From the NCBI GenBank assembly GCA_965277715.1, contig OZ255836.1, positions 1,792,001-1,856,000 of the forward strand: a stretch of DNA of 64,000 nt, in the 5' to 3' direction. The notes below the pieces were generated by a model, which was not told the DNA's origin, did not search any database, and saw nothing but the letters and a program-made list of their open reading frames with translations. Both the position numbers and the translations under genes were made by a program. This DNA is from Gammaproteobacteria bacterium. Its GTDB lineage: Bacteria; Pseudomonadota; Gammaproteobacteria; JBCCGL01. Below are positions 20,742-29,996 of the stretch, piece by piece (position 1 is the first letter of the stretch; every line of letters starts with the position of its first letter).

Positions 20742-21632
20742 ATGTTTTTAATTAATCGATTGATTTTGGTAATTGGCAATAATGGGCTCGCTATATTTCT
20801 AATGGTAATGTCTGCATTAATAATTCCTATTGGTGATAGTATTGCCAAATATCTTAGCGATATATATCCTATAATTTTCTTAAGTTTTAGTCGATTTTTT
20901 TCAGGTTTTTTGCTGATTTTACCTGTAGTGATAAAAGGGTATAATTTTCAACCTGTTACATGGAAGGATATGAGCATGCAGTTTATACATTCGATTTTAT
21001 TGGTGCTCTCAGTTGTGTTTTTCTTTTACGCGATAAAATATATATACTTCGTTGATGCATTGGGGTTGTATTTTTTATCACCAATAATTGCATCACTTCT
21101 ATCTTTTTTTGTATTGCATGAGTCTCTTTCAGTCGGCAAATGTGTTGGAATTGGAAGTGGATTTCTAGGCGCAATACTTATAATAAAACCTGGGGTCACA
21201 ATTGATATTGGGACGTTGTATGGCTTGGGGGCTAGTGTTTGCTTTGCAGCGTATCTAGTTACAACACGAGTGTTGTCCCAAAAAGGATCGCATATTAATA
21301 TCCTGGCTGCGCAGTACCTTATTGGCACGGTTATTTTGGCTCCATTCGCGCTTACAAACATACCTTCTTTTGGCTTTTTTGAGTTTTTCCTCTTAATGTC
21401 CATTGGAGCTATTTCTCTAATTAGCCATGGGTTTCAGATTAAAGCTTTTAAACTGGCTCCAGTTTCTGTGTTGGCCCCATTAGTTTATTTCGAAATTGTT
21501 TCCGCAATAGTTATTGGGCATTTTATTTTTAATGAGCAGCCCGATTTTTTCACAGTGATTGGAATTATTATTATTTGTATTGCAGGGTTGCTGATTTTGA
21601 AGGCAGAGAGGAGACATAAAAACACTGGTTAA
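20742..21632 (+). CDS. DMT/EamA family transporter
   Basis: About 10 TM helices with two EamA repeats (LHESLS..K..GFLGAILIIKPG; AP.SVLAP..Y..IFNE.P); AT-rich. Confidence 0.88.
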   Translation: MFLINRLILVIGNNGLAIFLMVMSALIIPIGDSIAKYLSDIYPIIFLSFSRFFSGFLLILPVVIKGYNFQPVTWKDMSMQFIHSILLVLSVVFFFYAIKYIYFVDALGLYFLSPIIASLLSFFVLHESLSVGKCVGIGSGFLGAILIIKPGVTIDIGTLYGLGASVCFAAYLVTTRVLSQKGSHINILAAQYLIGTVILAPFALTNIPSFGFFEFFLLMSIGAISLISHGFQIKAFKLAPVSVLAPLVYFEIVSAIVIGHFIFNEQPDFFTVIGIIIICIAGLLILKAERRHKNTG

Positions 21633-21635
21633 AAA

Positions 21636-22553
21636 TCACAAACGATACTGATTTGGTGTTTTTCCGAACTTCTTTTTGAAAAACCGATAAAAGTTGCTTT
21701 CTGTTTTGAATCCGCATTGAATGCTGATGTTACCGATTGGTTTTCTCGTGCAAGTTAACATCTTTTCTGCCTCATTTAACCTGACACTAATTATGTATTG
21801 GTAGGGTGATGTGCCAGTATAGTGTTTAAATAATTTGGAAAAATAAAATTTACTTGTGCACGACACGTCAGCTAATTCTGATAGAGTGATGTCTCTATTG
21901 AAAAAGCCATGAATATAATCTACGGATTTTTTTATGTGACTCTTTCTGGATTCATTTATTTTGCAGATACTAGAGGTATTTTTGTTAATGTTAGTATATT
22001 TTTTTATCAAATGTGTATATATAGCTATGGCTATAGATTCACCATAAATGCCCCCTATTGGGCATCCCATTTGTAGATCTTCCTCTAGTGCAAATACAGT
22101 TTGAGTGAGAAAGGGGTCTTCAATTCCAGTAAGATGAGGTAGCTGTACGAATGCTGTGTTTAAACCATATAATTTGTTAGCAACCATATTTAGAGCATGT
22201 GGTTCAATATGAATATTCAGGCTTGATATTTCGTCACTGGATACTGATTGCCAATTCCAAAAACTATTATTTTGAAAAGCTTGCCCGAAATACCATGATC
22301 CCGAATTAGCGTGGTAAGGTTGTATATTAGAATTTCCATAGGAATATTGACCACTTAAGGCGCCACTTTTAAAGTATACTAATTGGTGGTACGGTAGGCT
22401 TGGTCGGTAGTTTTCTTCAATTTTTCGGCCATAAATATACTTTGATAAATGCAATCCATTCCACTTTATGCTCTCATTGTTCAAAATACATTTTGCATCA
22501 ATATGGCATTTAAAAAAACCATTTGAGTCGATATGATTTATATTTCTAATCAT
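21636..22553 (-). CDS. AraC family transcriptional regulator
   Basis: C-terminal double HTH: ITLSELA..SKFYFSKLFK...G.SPYQY...CGF...F.RFFKK.FG.TP..YR. Confidence 0.92.
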   Translation of the reverse strand: MIRNINHIDSNGFFKCHIDAKCILNNESIKWNGLHLSKYIYGRKIEENYRPSLPYHQLVYFKSGALSGQYSYGNSNIQPYHANSGSWYFGQAFQNNSFWNWQSVSSDEISSLNIHIEPHALNMVANKLYGLNTAFVQLPHLTGIEDPFLTQTVFALEEDLQMGCPIGGIYGESIAIAIYTHLIKKYTNINKNTSSICKINESRKSHIKKSVDYIHGFFNRDITLSELADVSCTSKFYFSKLFKHYTGTSPYQYIISVRLNEAEKMLTCTRKPIGNISIQCGFKTESNFYRFFKKKFGKTPNQYRL

Positions 22554-23079
22554 AAAATTCCCCTATAGTATATATAGTAAAAAATAAAGTGGTATGGCCG
22601 TCTAAATTAATTAGAATATAATTAATTTTTTAAATAAAATCAAACTACTTATCCCTTTTATTTCTCTATAAATGATATTTTACAGGTAGTGGGTAAAACT
22701 TGAATTTTTCCATAAAAATAGACGCCAAATTCAACCTTCATGAAGCTGAAGTGGGGCAATTTTCTGCACGATAACGATAGCGTTGTTTCCCGCGAATACT
22801 TTTACTCGTACAGGCGATTTGATCATTGCCACACTGTAGATTGTGTACGTTTACTTGGCAAGTCATAGAGATGGAATTATATAGAAAAACGCAACTCTGG
22901 CCTGCTGCTCTCGAATAGGTTCGACCAGTACGTCGATCTATTATCTTTCTATTTTGATCTTGAAATCCCTCAGAGAAATTAATGAAGTGTCACCAGTCTC
23001 GTTGCTAATATATTTTAACTATTTGATTTTATTTATTTTTTATTGTTCTGGTGGCTATGTGGCGTGAAGAGGGGTGAAA

Positions 23080-23559
23080 CTACTCCACCAGATCAATTAT
23101 TTTTTTACGCTTTGGTTCAAATCGCTGGCCAGGCTTTAGCTGGATAACCGACTTGTCTGGCAGGGTAATCAGTACTTGCCCTGTATCGATTGTCATCGGT
23201 ACGGTGCTCAGCGTTGATTTAGGTGATGATACTGTTTGAATAGCGCGGTGATTTAGCCAAACGGTGTTGTCGCCATTGCCACGTTTGACATAACCTTGCA
23301 GCGTCAGCGCGGGGGCTGGTGTTGTTTTCTCTTGGGTTTGTAATATCGGTTTTAATGTTGGCTTTATTATTGGTTGACTGTTTGGTTTTAGTTCAAGTGC
23401 GGGTTTTTCGGCACGCATGGCATCCAAGCGTGCGCGTTGTTGTGCAGAGAGGAATAGACGTAAATCACCCAGTTGTGTAGGGGTTTGTGCGTGATTAACG
23501 CCTGAAGAAAAGACAAAAATTACACTCAATACGGCGACAAAAACCTGAACGATGCGCAT
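23080..23559 (-). CDS. Exported protein of the MSHA-like pilus cluster (PilP/GspC-like position)
   Basis: Signal peptide, RLFLSAQQRARLD, TLQGYVKR..G..TVWLN and LKPGQ; operonic with the pilus genes. Confidence 0.6.
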   Translation of the reverse strand: MRIVQVFVAVLSVIFVFSSGVNHAQTPTQLGDLRLFLSAQQRARLDAMRAEKPALELKPNSQPIIKPTLKPILQTQEKTTPAPALTLQGYVKRGNGDNTVWLNHRAIQTVSSPKSTLSTVPMTIDTGQVLITLPDKSVIQLKPGQRFEPKRKKIIDLVE

Positions 23560-23580
23560 TTCTACTCCTTGAATCCTACA

Positions 23581-24264
23581 TTAGTTGTTGATACTCAGCG
23601 TATACCAGGAGAGCTGGCATACCGCATTGACATTGGCTTTTTCAGTATCAAAATGAACTGCGCCAAAAGCCAGGGTTAAATAGCATTCACGCACTTCAAA
23701 TAGGCCTTTTGCACGCTGTTTCAACGCGGCAAGAAAAGCATTTAAGTCACCCGTATGTAATAGCCCCAGCTCAAGTTTTATCGTCGATTCATGCATGGTG
23801 AATTGTGGTGGCAGTGGTGGTGTGCTGTCCGCTAAGGCAAATACCCGGCTGGGGCTCATGGTGTATTTGAGTACCGGCAACTGTAATTGTCGGTTAATGG
23901 CCCGTATTGCCTCAACCCATAGCAAGCGCTGTTCTTCACCGATATAACCCCGCGCAACAAATTGCCTGAATTGACCAATATACGCCTGGTATAGCTGTCT
24001 GGCCTGCGTAGCTGCCTGGTAGTCACGGCGGTGTTTTTCAAGTTGCATTCGCTCGTTTTGGTAGGCTTTCTCAGCCTGGTTGGTGTGTGTATAGCCGTAG
24101 TACAACAAGCCGCCGCTGATGAGCGCACACAGCGAAAATACTAACAGGCTGCGGTGCAGCAAATGCCATTGCCGCACTACCCTGGGTTGCCCCGCTGTGA
24201 GTGGCTCAATCACCCTGGTCATTTCGATCGCTTTGGGGGTTGCCACGGGCAGGTTACCGGACAT
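23581..24264 (-). CDS. PilO/GspM-like inner-membrane assembly protein
   Basis: One TM plus coiled coil, GYIGEEQRL.W.E, LLH.GDL and C.L.W; the start is uncertain. Confidence 0.65.
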   Translation of the reverse strand: MSGNLPVATPKAIEMTRVIEPLTAGQPRVVRQWHLLHRSLLVFSLCALISGGLLYYGYTHTNQAEKAYQNERMQLEKHRRDYQAATQARQLYQAYIGQFRQFVARGYIGEEQRLLWVEAIRAINRQLQLPVLKYTMSPSRVFALADSTPPLPPQFTMHESTIKLELGLLHTGDLNAFLAALKQRAKGLFEVRECYLTLAFGAVHFDTEKANVNAVCQLSWYTLSINN

Positions 24265-25954
24265 TGGCAGAGCGCCCATCAGCAGGTATTTCATCAACGG
24301 GCACGAGGGTTAAGCGCAATTGAAATTCGGGGTTGCCCACCTGTTGTTCACGCGCCGATGTACCGCTATCACCGGCAAGCTGGGTTTGTGGGTCGATATC
24401 AAAGGGTTTTTTTTCAGTGTCGATAATCAGGTATTGACCGCTGGCCTGTAACGCGGCGACAAACACGTCAAATAAGGCGGTAGCACGGCGATGATCGCGC
24501 TCAAAATCGAGCACTTTGCCTGCCACACGCAGTGTTTCATAGCCAACAGTGTGGTCATTGCTGACAGCGCGTGATGGTTCTGTGTGATCACCGATTGCGG
24601 CATCGGCTTGTGGGTGGGTCAACCAATGTACCTGGGTAATTTGAATGGCATTATTGCGCGTCAGGGTTTCGGCCAGTGTGGCGAGCGCCGGTATTGGGGT
24701 GCGCGTTGTGTAGCGCTGTACTGTATTTATTGTCTCGACGGCCGATTGCATTAGCGCTGGTGGCAGCGGATAGTGTTGGCTATCGTCATTGGGTTGTTGT
24801 GCGTAGCGCTGTTTTTCAGCCATTGTTTTTTGCTGATAGTGTTGTAATAAACGGCCTTCGTGGTGACCGCTGACGGCGAATGCAGTGCTGGCGATCAATA
24901 GGGCGCCCGCTGAGGTGTACAGCCACTTTTTAAGCTGTTTATGCCGGTAGGCCTGGGTCAGGTGGGGTATGTCATAGTGGCTGGTTGTGGTGGGTTTATG
25001 CAATAGGCTGTGGGCGAATAAACCATCACAATAATGCGTGGGTAAATCGGTGCTGATACCGATGGAGGTGGCCACCCGTTGTTGTTGGTAAAGGGTGTAG
25101 TGGGTGTGCTCATCATTGTGTAGGGCGACGCCGAGCGCGGCGTGCAGCCTGTCGTTGACCACAATGGTCACGGCCAATACGGTGTCCCGTGGTAGCAGGC
25201 GCTGGCTGCGCAGATAGAGCAGGGTGTTGTCAATTTCGGCTTGTAGTGTATCGGTGTCATCGGTGTGCTGTCCGCGCTCGGTGTGCAGCGAGATCAGGCG
25301 GCTCAGTTTGAGAAACCCTCTATGGTAAAACGAGTAGCGCAATGTGGCGGCTGATTGTTGGGTAATCAGCAGGCGCCATTGGTTCCGGGCAGGTGGTTTT
25401 ACACGGCGTGATTTCTCCTGGGGCTGTAGGGCGGACAGCAGTGACTGGCCCAGCAATGGCAGCGAATAGATGCCTTTAAGCGGCGCCTGTGCACTGTGTA
25501 GAATAGCGATCCATTGATGCAGTTCCGGTGTGCCGTTCAGGCTGTTATTCAGGTCGTTATCCAGGCGATTGTCCAGGCTGTTATCCCGGCTGTTATCCAG
25601 GCCATTATCCAGGCCGAATACCAGTACTTCAAGGTCACGCCGCCCGCTGGTTTGCCGGGTTTGTACGTGCAACGACCGCCACTCGCTGTCGCGAAAGTAT
25701 TTGGCTTTGCTGCGTTCGAGTAAAGCCGTGCGATCACGCCCCCACGCGTAGGGTACTGTGTTGGGGTGAAAGGTTTCCTCTGCCAGGTCAATCAGCAGAT
25801 GCACCGGGTGGGAAGGCGGGGTTTGCAGATGGTGGATCAGTGCCTGACGGCCCTCGTCGTCAGCCGGAAATTCACACACACCACCAAACTGTCCACGCCG
25901 CCAGTCGTAGGCAATCAGTCGTCCGGCGGTACAAAGCAATACGCGCCGGGTCAT
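24254..25954 (-). CDS. PilM/PilN (GspL)-like assembly protein
   Basis: Cytoplasmic actin-like part (LLIDLAEE.F, GIYSLPLL, LKLSRL), a TM, and a periplasmic PilN-like part; ATGA overlap with the upstream stop. Confidence 0.65.
   Translation of the reverse strand: MTRRVLLCTAGRLIAYDWRRGQFGGVCEFPADDEGRQALIHHLQTPPSHPVHLLIDLAEETFHPNTVPYAWGRDRTALLERSKAKYFRDSEWRSLHVQTRQTSGRRDLEVLVFGLDNGLDNSRDNSLDNRLDNDLNNSLNGTPELHQWIAILHSAQAPLKGIYSLPLLGQSLLSALQPQEKSRRVKPPARNQWRLLITQQSAATLRYSFYHRGFLKLSRLISLHTERGQHTDDTDTLQAEIDNTLLYLRSQRLLPRDTVLAVTIVVNDRLHAALGVALHNDEHTHYTLYQQQRVATSIGISTDLPTHYCDGLFAHSLLHKPTTTSHYDIPHLTQAYRHKQLKKWLYTSAGALLIASTAFAVSGHHEGRLLQHYQQKTMAEKQRYAQQPNDDSQHYPLPPALMQSAVETINTVQRYTTRTPIPALATLAETLTRNNAIQITQVHWLTHPQADAAIGDHTEPSRAVSNDHTVGYETLRVAGKVLDFERDHRRATALFDVFVAALQASGQYLIIDTEKKPFDIDPQTQLAGDSGTSAREQQVGNPEFQLRLTLVPVDEIPADGRSANVR
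25535..25615. repeat. Degenerate in-frame 12-bp tandem repeat (6-7 copies)
   Basis: GTTATCCAGGCN-like units encoding LDNG LDNS RDNS LDNR LDND LNNS LNG. Confidence 0.8.
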
Positions 25955-27198
25955 AGCGATGTACCAATGTTTACCGCAGTGTCGATCAGCGGGAATATGA
26001 CCGCGACGATCACCCACAGTAGTAGTGTACCCACGCCGAGGATAAGCAGGGGGCCGATAAATTGCTCAAAACGCTGGATGGATTCGCGTGCCTCACGGCC
26101 ATAGAAATAGGCGATTTGGGTAAACGCCTGGTCGAGTGCGCCACTGCCCTCACCGATACGTACCATGCGCACCACCAGCGGGGGAAATAAGCCGCTGGCG
26201 GCAAAGCTGTCGCCGATGGTTGACCCTTGCTGGATGCGGGTGTGCACGTCATCAAAGGCGCTGTCCAGCACATGGTTATCCACTAGCTGGCGGCTGAGTT
26301 GCACGATGTCGAGCACGGGGATACCGGCGGCGTACATCATCGCCGCGTAGTGGGCGAAGCGCGCCAGTTTGAAACGCAGCAACAGTGGCCCCAGCAGCCA
26401 GAGTTTAAGCTGGATGCCGTGCCAGCGGTAGCGCAGTCCGGCGCTGTGGCGCAGGCTATAGCGCAGCAGCAGTGGCAGCAGCACAACCACGGGTAGTAAC
26501 AGGTAGCCGTTGTCGATAAAAAAGCCGGAGGTCGCTAATAGTGCGGTGGTATACCAGGGTAGTTGGTAGTCGGTGCTGGCGATAAAGCTAACCATGTTAG
26601 GGACCAGGTAGACCATCACAAACAGGATAACGACAACCAGTAGTGCAGCGACAATCGCCGGGTAGAGGGTTATCCGCTTTAGGCGTGATGTCAGTTCGTC
26701 CTGCCATTTGGTGTTTTCGGCCAGGTCGTGCAGCACTTGATCCATTTTGCCACTGTGTTCGCCCACACGCACCATGCTGGCATAGACCTCGCCAAATAAG
26801 CGGGGAAAGCGTTCAAGCATGGTCGAGAAGGTTTGACCCCCTTCGATACCTTCGATGATTTGCGCAATGACTGCCTGAAAGCTATTGCGCTGTTCGCTGT
26901 CACGCAGGTCTTTAAGGGCGTCGATAAGCGGTACGCCAGCCTGTGTTAGCTGTTCCAGGTGAAACGAAAAATGGATCAACTCGCGGCGGCTTATGCTGTT
27001 CTTGCGGTTGGTGGGCCAGCCTGGCCATTTACCTGGCCAGCAACCTGGCCACCGACCCTGTCGTCGCTCCTTGCAGTTGATTAAATCCAGCCCGGTGCGC
27101 GACAGGCGCATTTCCAGGTCGGTGACATTGTGCGCTTCCTGGACACCGGTATGCCTGTGCCCAGCGGCATTCACTGCCTTGAAGTGGTATTCCGGCAT
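25951..27198 (-). CDS. Type II secretion F / PilC / MshG platform protein
   Basis: AGVPL.DAL, VGEHSGKMD..L, YP, FPPLVVRMVRIGE.SGALD. Confidence 0.93.
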   Translation of the reverse strand: MPEYHFKAVNAAGHRHTGVQEAHNVTDLEMRLSRTGLDLINCKERRQGRWPGCWPGKWPGWPTNRKNSISRRELIHFSFHLEQLTQAGVPLIDALKDLRDSEQRNSFQAVIAQIIEGIEGGQTFSTMLERFPRLFGEVYASMVRVGEHSGKMDQVLHDLAENTKWQDELTSRLKRITLYPAIVAALLVVVILFVMVYLVPNMVSFIASTDYQLPWYTTALLATSGFFIDNGYLLLPVVVLLPLLLRYSLRHSAGLRYRWHGIQLKLWLLGPLLLRFKLARFAHYAAMMYAAGIPVLDIVQLSRQLVDNHVLDSAFDDVHTRIQQGSTIGDSFAASGLFPPLVVRMVRIGEGSGALDQAFTQIAYFYGREARESIQRFEQFIGPLLILGVGTLLLWVIVAVIFPLIDTAVNIGTSL

Positions 27199-27200
27199 AT

Positions 27201-28949
27201 TTAGCGCTGTGTGAGATCGATGACGCGTGATACTTCCTGTAAAGATGTAAGGCCTTCCCGCACACGCCGCAAGCCGTCTTCTGCCAACGGGATAAAGCCC
27301 GATTTTATCGCCGCCTGTTGAATCTCAAAACGGCTGGCCCGCGCCACAATCAGCTCGTCGATATGCTGGTTGATGCGCAGTACTTCCATCAGCGCAATAC
27401 GCCCCCGGTAACCCTGATAATCACAGCCTGCGCAGCCCACTGCTTTGTATAGCTGTAGGTCATCAGTCGGCGGTTCAGGGTGTTTATCGGTGTCACCATC
27501 CGCTGCGACAATGCAGTGCTCAATGGGGGTCGCGGTGTAGGCCTGTTTACAGTGTTCGCAGAGGCGCCGCACCAGGCGTTGCGCCACAATACCGATGATA
27601 TTGCCCGCCAGCACATCGGGCAGTATGCCAATATCCAGCAGGCGTGGAATGGCCCCCACCGCTGAGTTGGTGTGCAGGGTGGAGTACACCTGGTGGCCGG
27701 TCATGGCGGCGCGAAACGCCATGTCGGCGGTGTCCCGGTCGCGAATCTCACCCACCAGAATCACATCCGGGTCTTGCCTTAATATGCTGCGGATACCATT
27801 GGCAAAGTCCAGCTTGATGGCATCGTTGACCGTACTTTGGCGGATCATCGGCATGGGGTACTCAACCGGGTCTTCCAGGGTCATGATATTGATGCTTTCT
27901 GTGTTGAGGTGGCCCAACATCGAATACAGCGTGGTGGTTTTACCACTGCCGGTCGGCCCGGTAACCAGGATGATACCCTCCGGGCGCGCCATCATGGTGT
28001 GTAGGGTGTCGAGCGCCGTGTGGCTGAGGCCCAGTGCATCGGGGGGCATAATGCCCTGGTCGCGATCCAGAATGCGCAGCACGATATTTTCGCCGTGAGT
28101 GGTGGCCATGGAGGCCACGCGAAAATCGATCTGGTGGCCGCCGATGCCCAGCGAGATACGCCCATCCTGGGGGGCGCGGGTTTCGGCAATGTTCATGCCG
28201 GCCATCACTTTGAGCCGCACAGCAATTGCCGACCAGTAGTTTTTGTGTAGGCTGCGGATCTGTCGCAATACGCCATCAATGCGGTAGCGAATCCGCAAAA
28301 AACCGGCCTCTGGTTCAAAGTGAATATCTGAGGCGCTACGCTTTACCGCATCGGACAGAATCGCATCTACCAGGCGTACCAACGGCTGGCTGTATTCGTT
28401 TGTCTCTGCGGCCAGGCTGGCGTAGTCGATCTCACCGGTTTCGATTTCGTGGAGGATGCCGTCGACACTCAGCTCATGGCCGTAAAACTGATCGATGGCA
28501 TCTTCCACCTCGGCTTTGCCTGCCAGTAGCGTGACAATCCCGACCTGGTTGCCAAGCTGTGCCTTGAGTCGATCCAGGGCCATGAGGTTGTGTGTATCGG
28601 TCATGGCAATGCTCAGTTGTGGCGGTTGTGCCTGCCAGGAGACGGGCACCAGGCTGTAGCGGCGGGCCATGTCTTTGGGCACGCGCTGTAAGGCCGTGCT
28701 GTCTGGCACCACGCTGGTCAGCGCAATGCTCGCCTGGCCGAGTGCCTGGCCCAGTTCGTCACGCAGCATGGACTCGCTAATAAACCCCAGTTTGACCAGG
28801 ATATGCCCGAGTTGGTTGGTGTGGTTGTGGCGGCTATGGTCGCTATTGTTGTCCTGATCGATCAGCGCGATACGCAACTGATCGCGGCTGATTTGCCCAC
28901 CGCGCACCAATAATTCGCCAAGCAGTTTATTGTTTGGTTTGCTCATCAT
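27201..28949 (-). CDS. GspE/PilB/MshE assembly ATPase
   Basis: ASDIHFEP, Walker A GPTGSGKTTT, EDPVEY, LRQDPDVILVGEIRD, TGH...STLHTN and a CxxC pair. Confidence 0.95.
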   Translation of the reverse strand: MMSKPNNKLLGELLVRGGQISRDQLRIALIDQDNNSDHSRHNHTNQLGHILVKLGFISESMLRDELGQALGQASIALTSVVPDSTALQRVPKDMARRYSLVPVSWQAQPPQLSIAMTDTHNLMALDRLKAQLGNQVGIVTLLAGKAEVEDAIDQFYGHELSVDGILHEIETGEIDYASLAAETNEYSQPLVRLVDAILSDAVKRSASDIHFEPEAGFLRIRYRIDGVLRQIRSLHKNYWSAIAVRLKVMAGMNIAETRAPQDGRISLGIGGHQIDFRVASMATTHGENIVLRILDRDQGIMPPDALGLSHTALDTLHTMMARPEGIILVTGPTGSGKTTTLYSMLGHLNTESINIMTLEDPVEYPMPMIRQSTVNDAIKLDFANGIRSILRQDPDVILVGEIRDRDTADMAFRAAMTGHQVYSTLHTNSAVGAIPRLLDIGILPDVLAGNIIGIVAQRLVRRLCEHCKQAYTATPIEHCIVAADGDTDKHPEPPTDDLQLYKAVGCAGCDYQGYRGRIALMEVLRINQHIDELIVARASRFEIQQAAIKSGFIPLAEDGLRRVREGLTSLQEVSRVIDLTQR

Positions 28950-29995
28950 TATTCGGGTTCCAATACACGCAGGCGCTGGTTGACTTGTACCAGGTCAAAG
29001 CCACTGGCGTGGACGTTCGATAAATCCAGTGCGCGGTGATAAAAGTCGGCAGCGGCGGCGAATTTACCGAGGTGATCCAGGCTTACGGCGAGGTTGTAGG
29101 CAATATCCGGGTTTTCCTGATCCTGGCTAAACGCGGCAAAAAAATATTGCTGTGCCTCCGCCCAGCGTTGTTGTCGGCTGAGTAGGTTGCCCAGTGCGTA
29201 GTTGAGTGGTGCGGCGTCTGGTGCCTGCTGCAATAACACGCGCAAGTCTGAGATATAGCGTGCGGTATCGCCCTGTTGTGTCAGTGTATTAAACCCGGCC
29301 AATGCTGTGTAATCGCGTGGGTTGCGCAGTAACAGGCGGTGATAAATATCGATAGCGCCCTGTGGGTGGGTGTTTCTCTGGTGGAGTGCCGCTTGTCCCA
29401 GCAGAGCATCGCGGTGCTGGGGTGCACGCTGCAATGCCTGTTTGTATAAGTTTTGTGCCACATCAAAGTGGTTGTCCTGGTATGCCGTATAAGCCTCGTA
29501 TACCAGCGTATCCACAGTGCGCTGCTCTTTGTTATGGGTGATATGCAACGTCGCCGCTCGAGTATTCGTGGGTATATCGTGCGTGGTTGCAGCCGGTGTT
29601 GTGGGTGTTGCGCCGCCTGCCTGATACCAATCAATAGAAAAGGGTTTATTTCCCAGGAAGGGAACAGACGACGCAGATGCCACTTTAACCGCCTGGCCCG
29701 TTTGCTGTTGCCTGGATTGTCGATCTGGCCATTGTCCGGGTTGAAACCCGCCGGGCACAGGCAGTGAGAAGTCCGTGGATGGCAACAACACATCCGGCAG
29801 TGTCTCTGTCGGTGATAACAGCACGATTGCCGATGCGCGGGTATGGCTAAGTTGTTGTTGCAATGTCCTGCTGCGTTCCTCAACGGCGTAATAGCCCGCC
29901 CCGGCACAACCGCCACTGAGTAGTACGGCACACAGCACCCTGATCAGCGGGATACGCCAGGTTAATGGTTTTTGTAATGCCGTGTTGATAAGCAC
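28949..29995 (-). CDS. TPR protein (MshN-like)
   Basis: N-terminal TM and C-terminal TPRs (WAEAQQYFF.A, YNLAVSLDHLG). Confidence 0.75.
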   Translation of the reverse strand: MLINTALQKPLTWRIPLIRVLCAVLLSGGCAGAGYYAVEERSRTLQQQLSHTRASAIVLLSPTETLPDVLLPSTDFSLPVPGGFQPGQWPDRQSRQQQTGQAVKVASASSVPFLGNKPFSIDWYQAGGATPTTPAATTHDIPTNTRAATLHITHNKEQRTVDTLVYEAYTAYQDNHFDVAQNLYKQALQRAPQHRDALLGQAALHQRNTHPQGAIDIYHRLLLRNPRDYTALAGFNTLTQQGDTARYISDLRVLLQQAPDAAPLNYALGNLLSRQQRWAEAQQYFFAAFSQDQENPDIAYNLAVSLDHLGKFAAAADFYHRALDLSNVHASGFDLVQVNQRLRVLEPE

Positions 29996-29996
29996 G

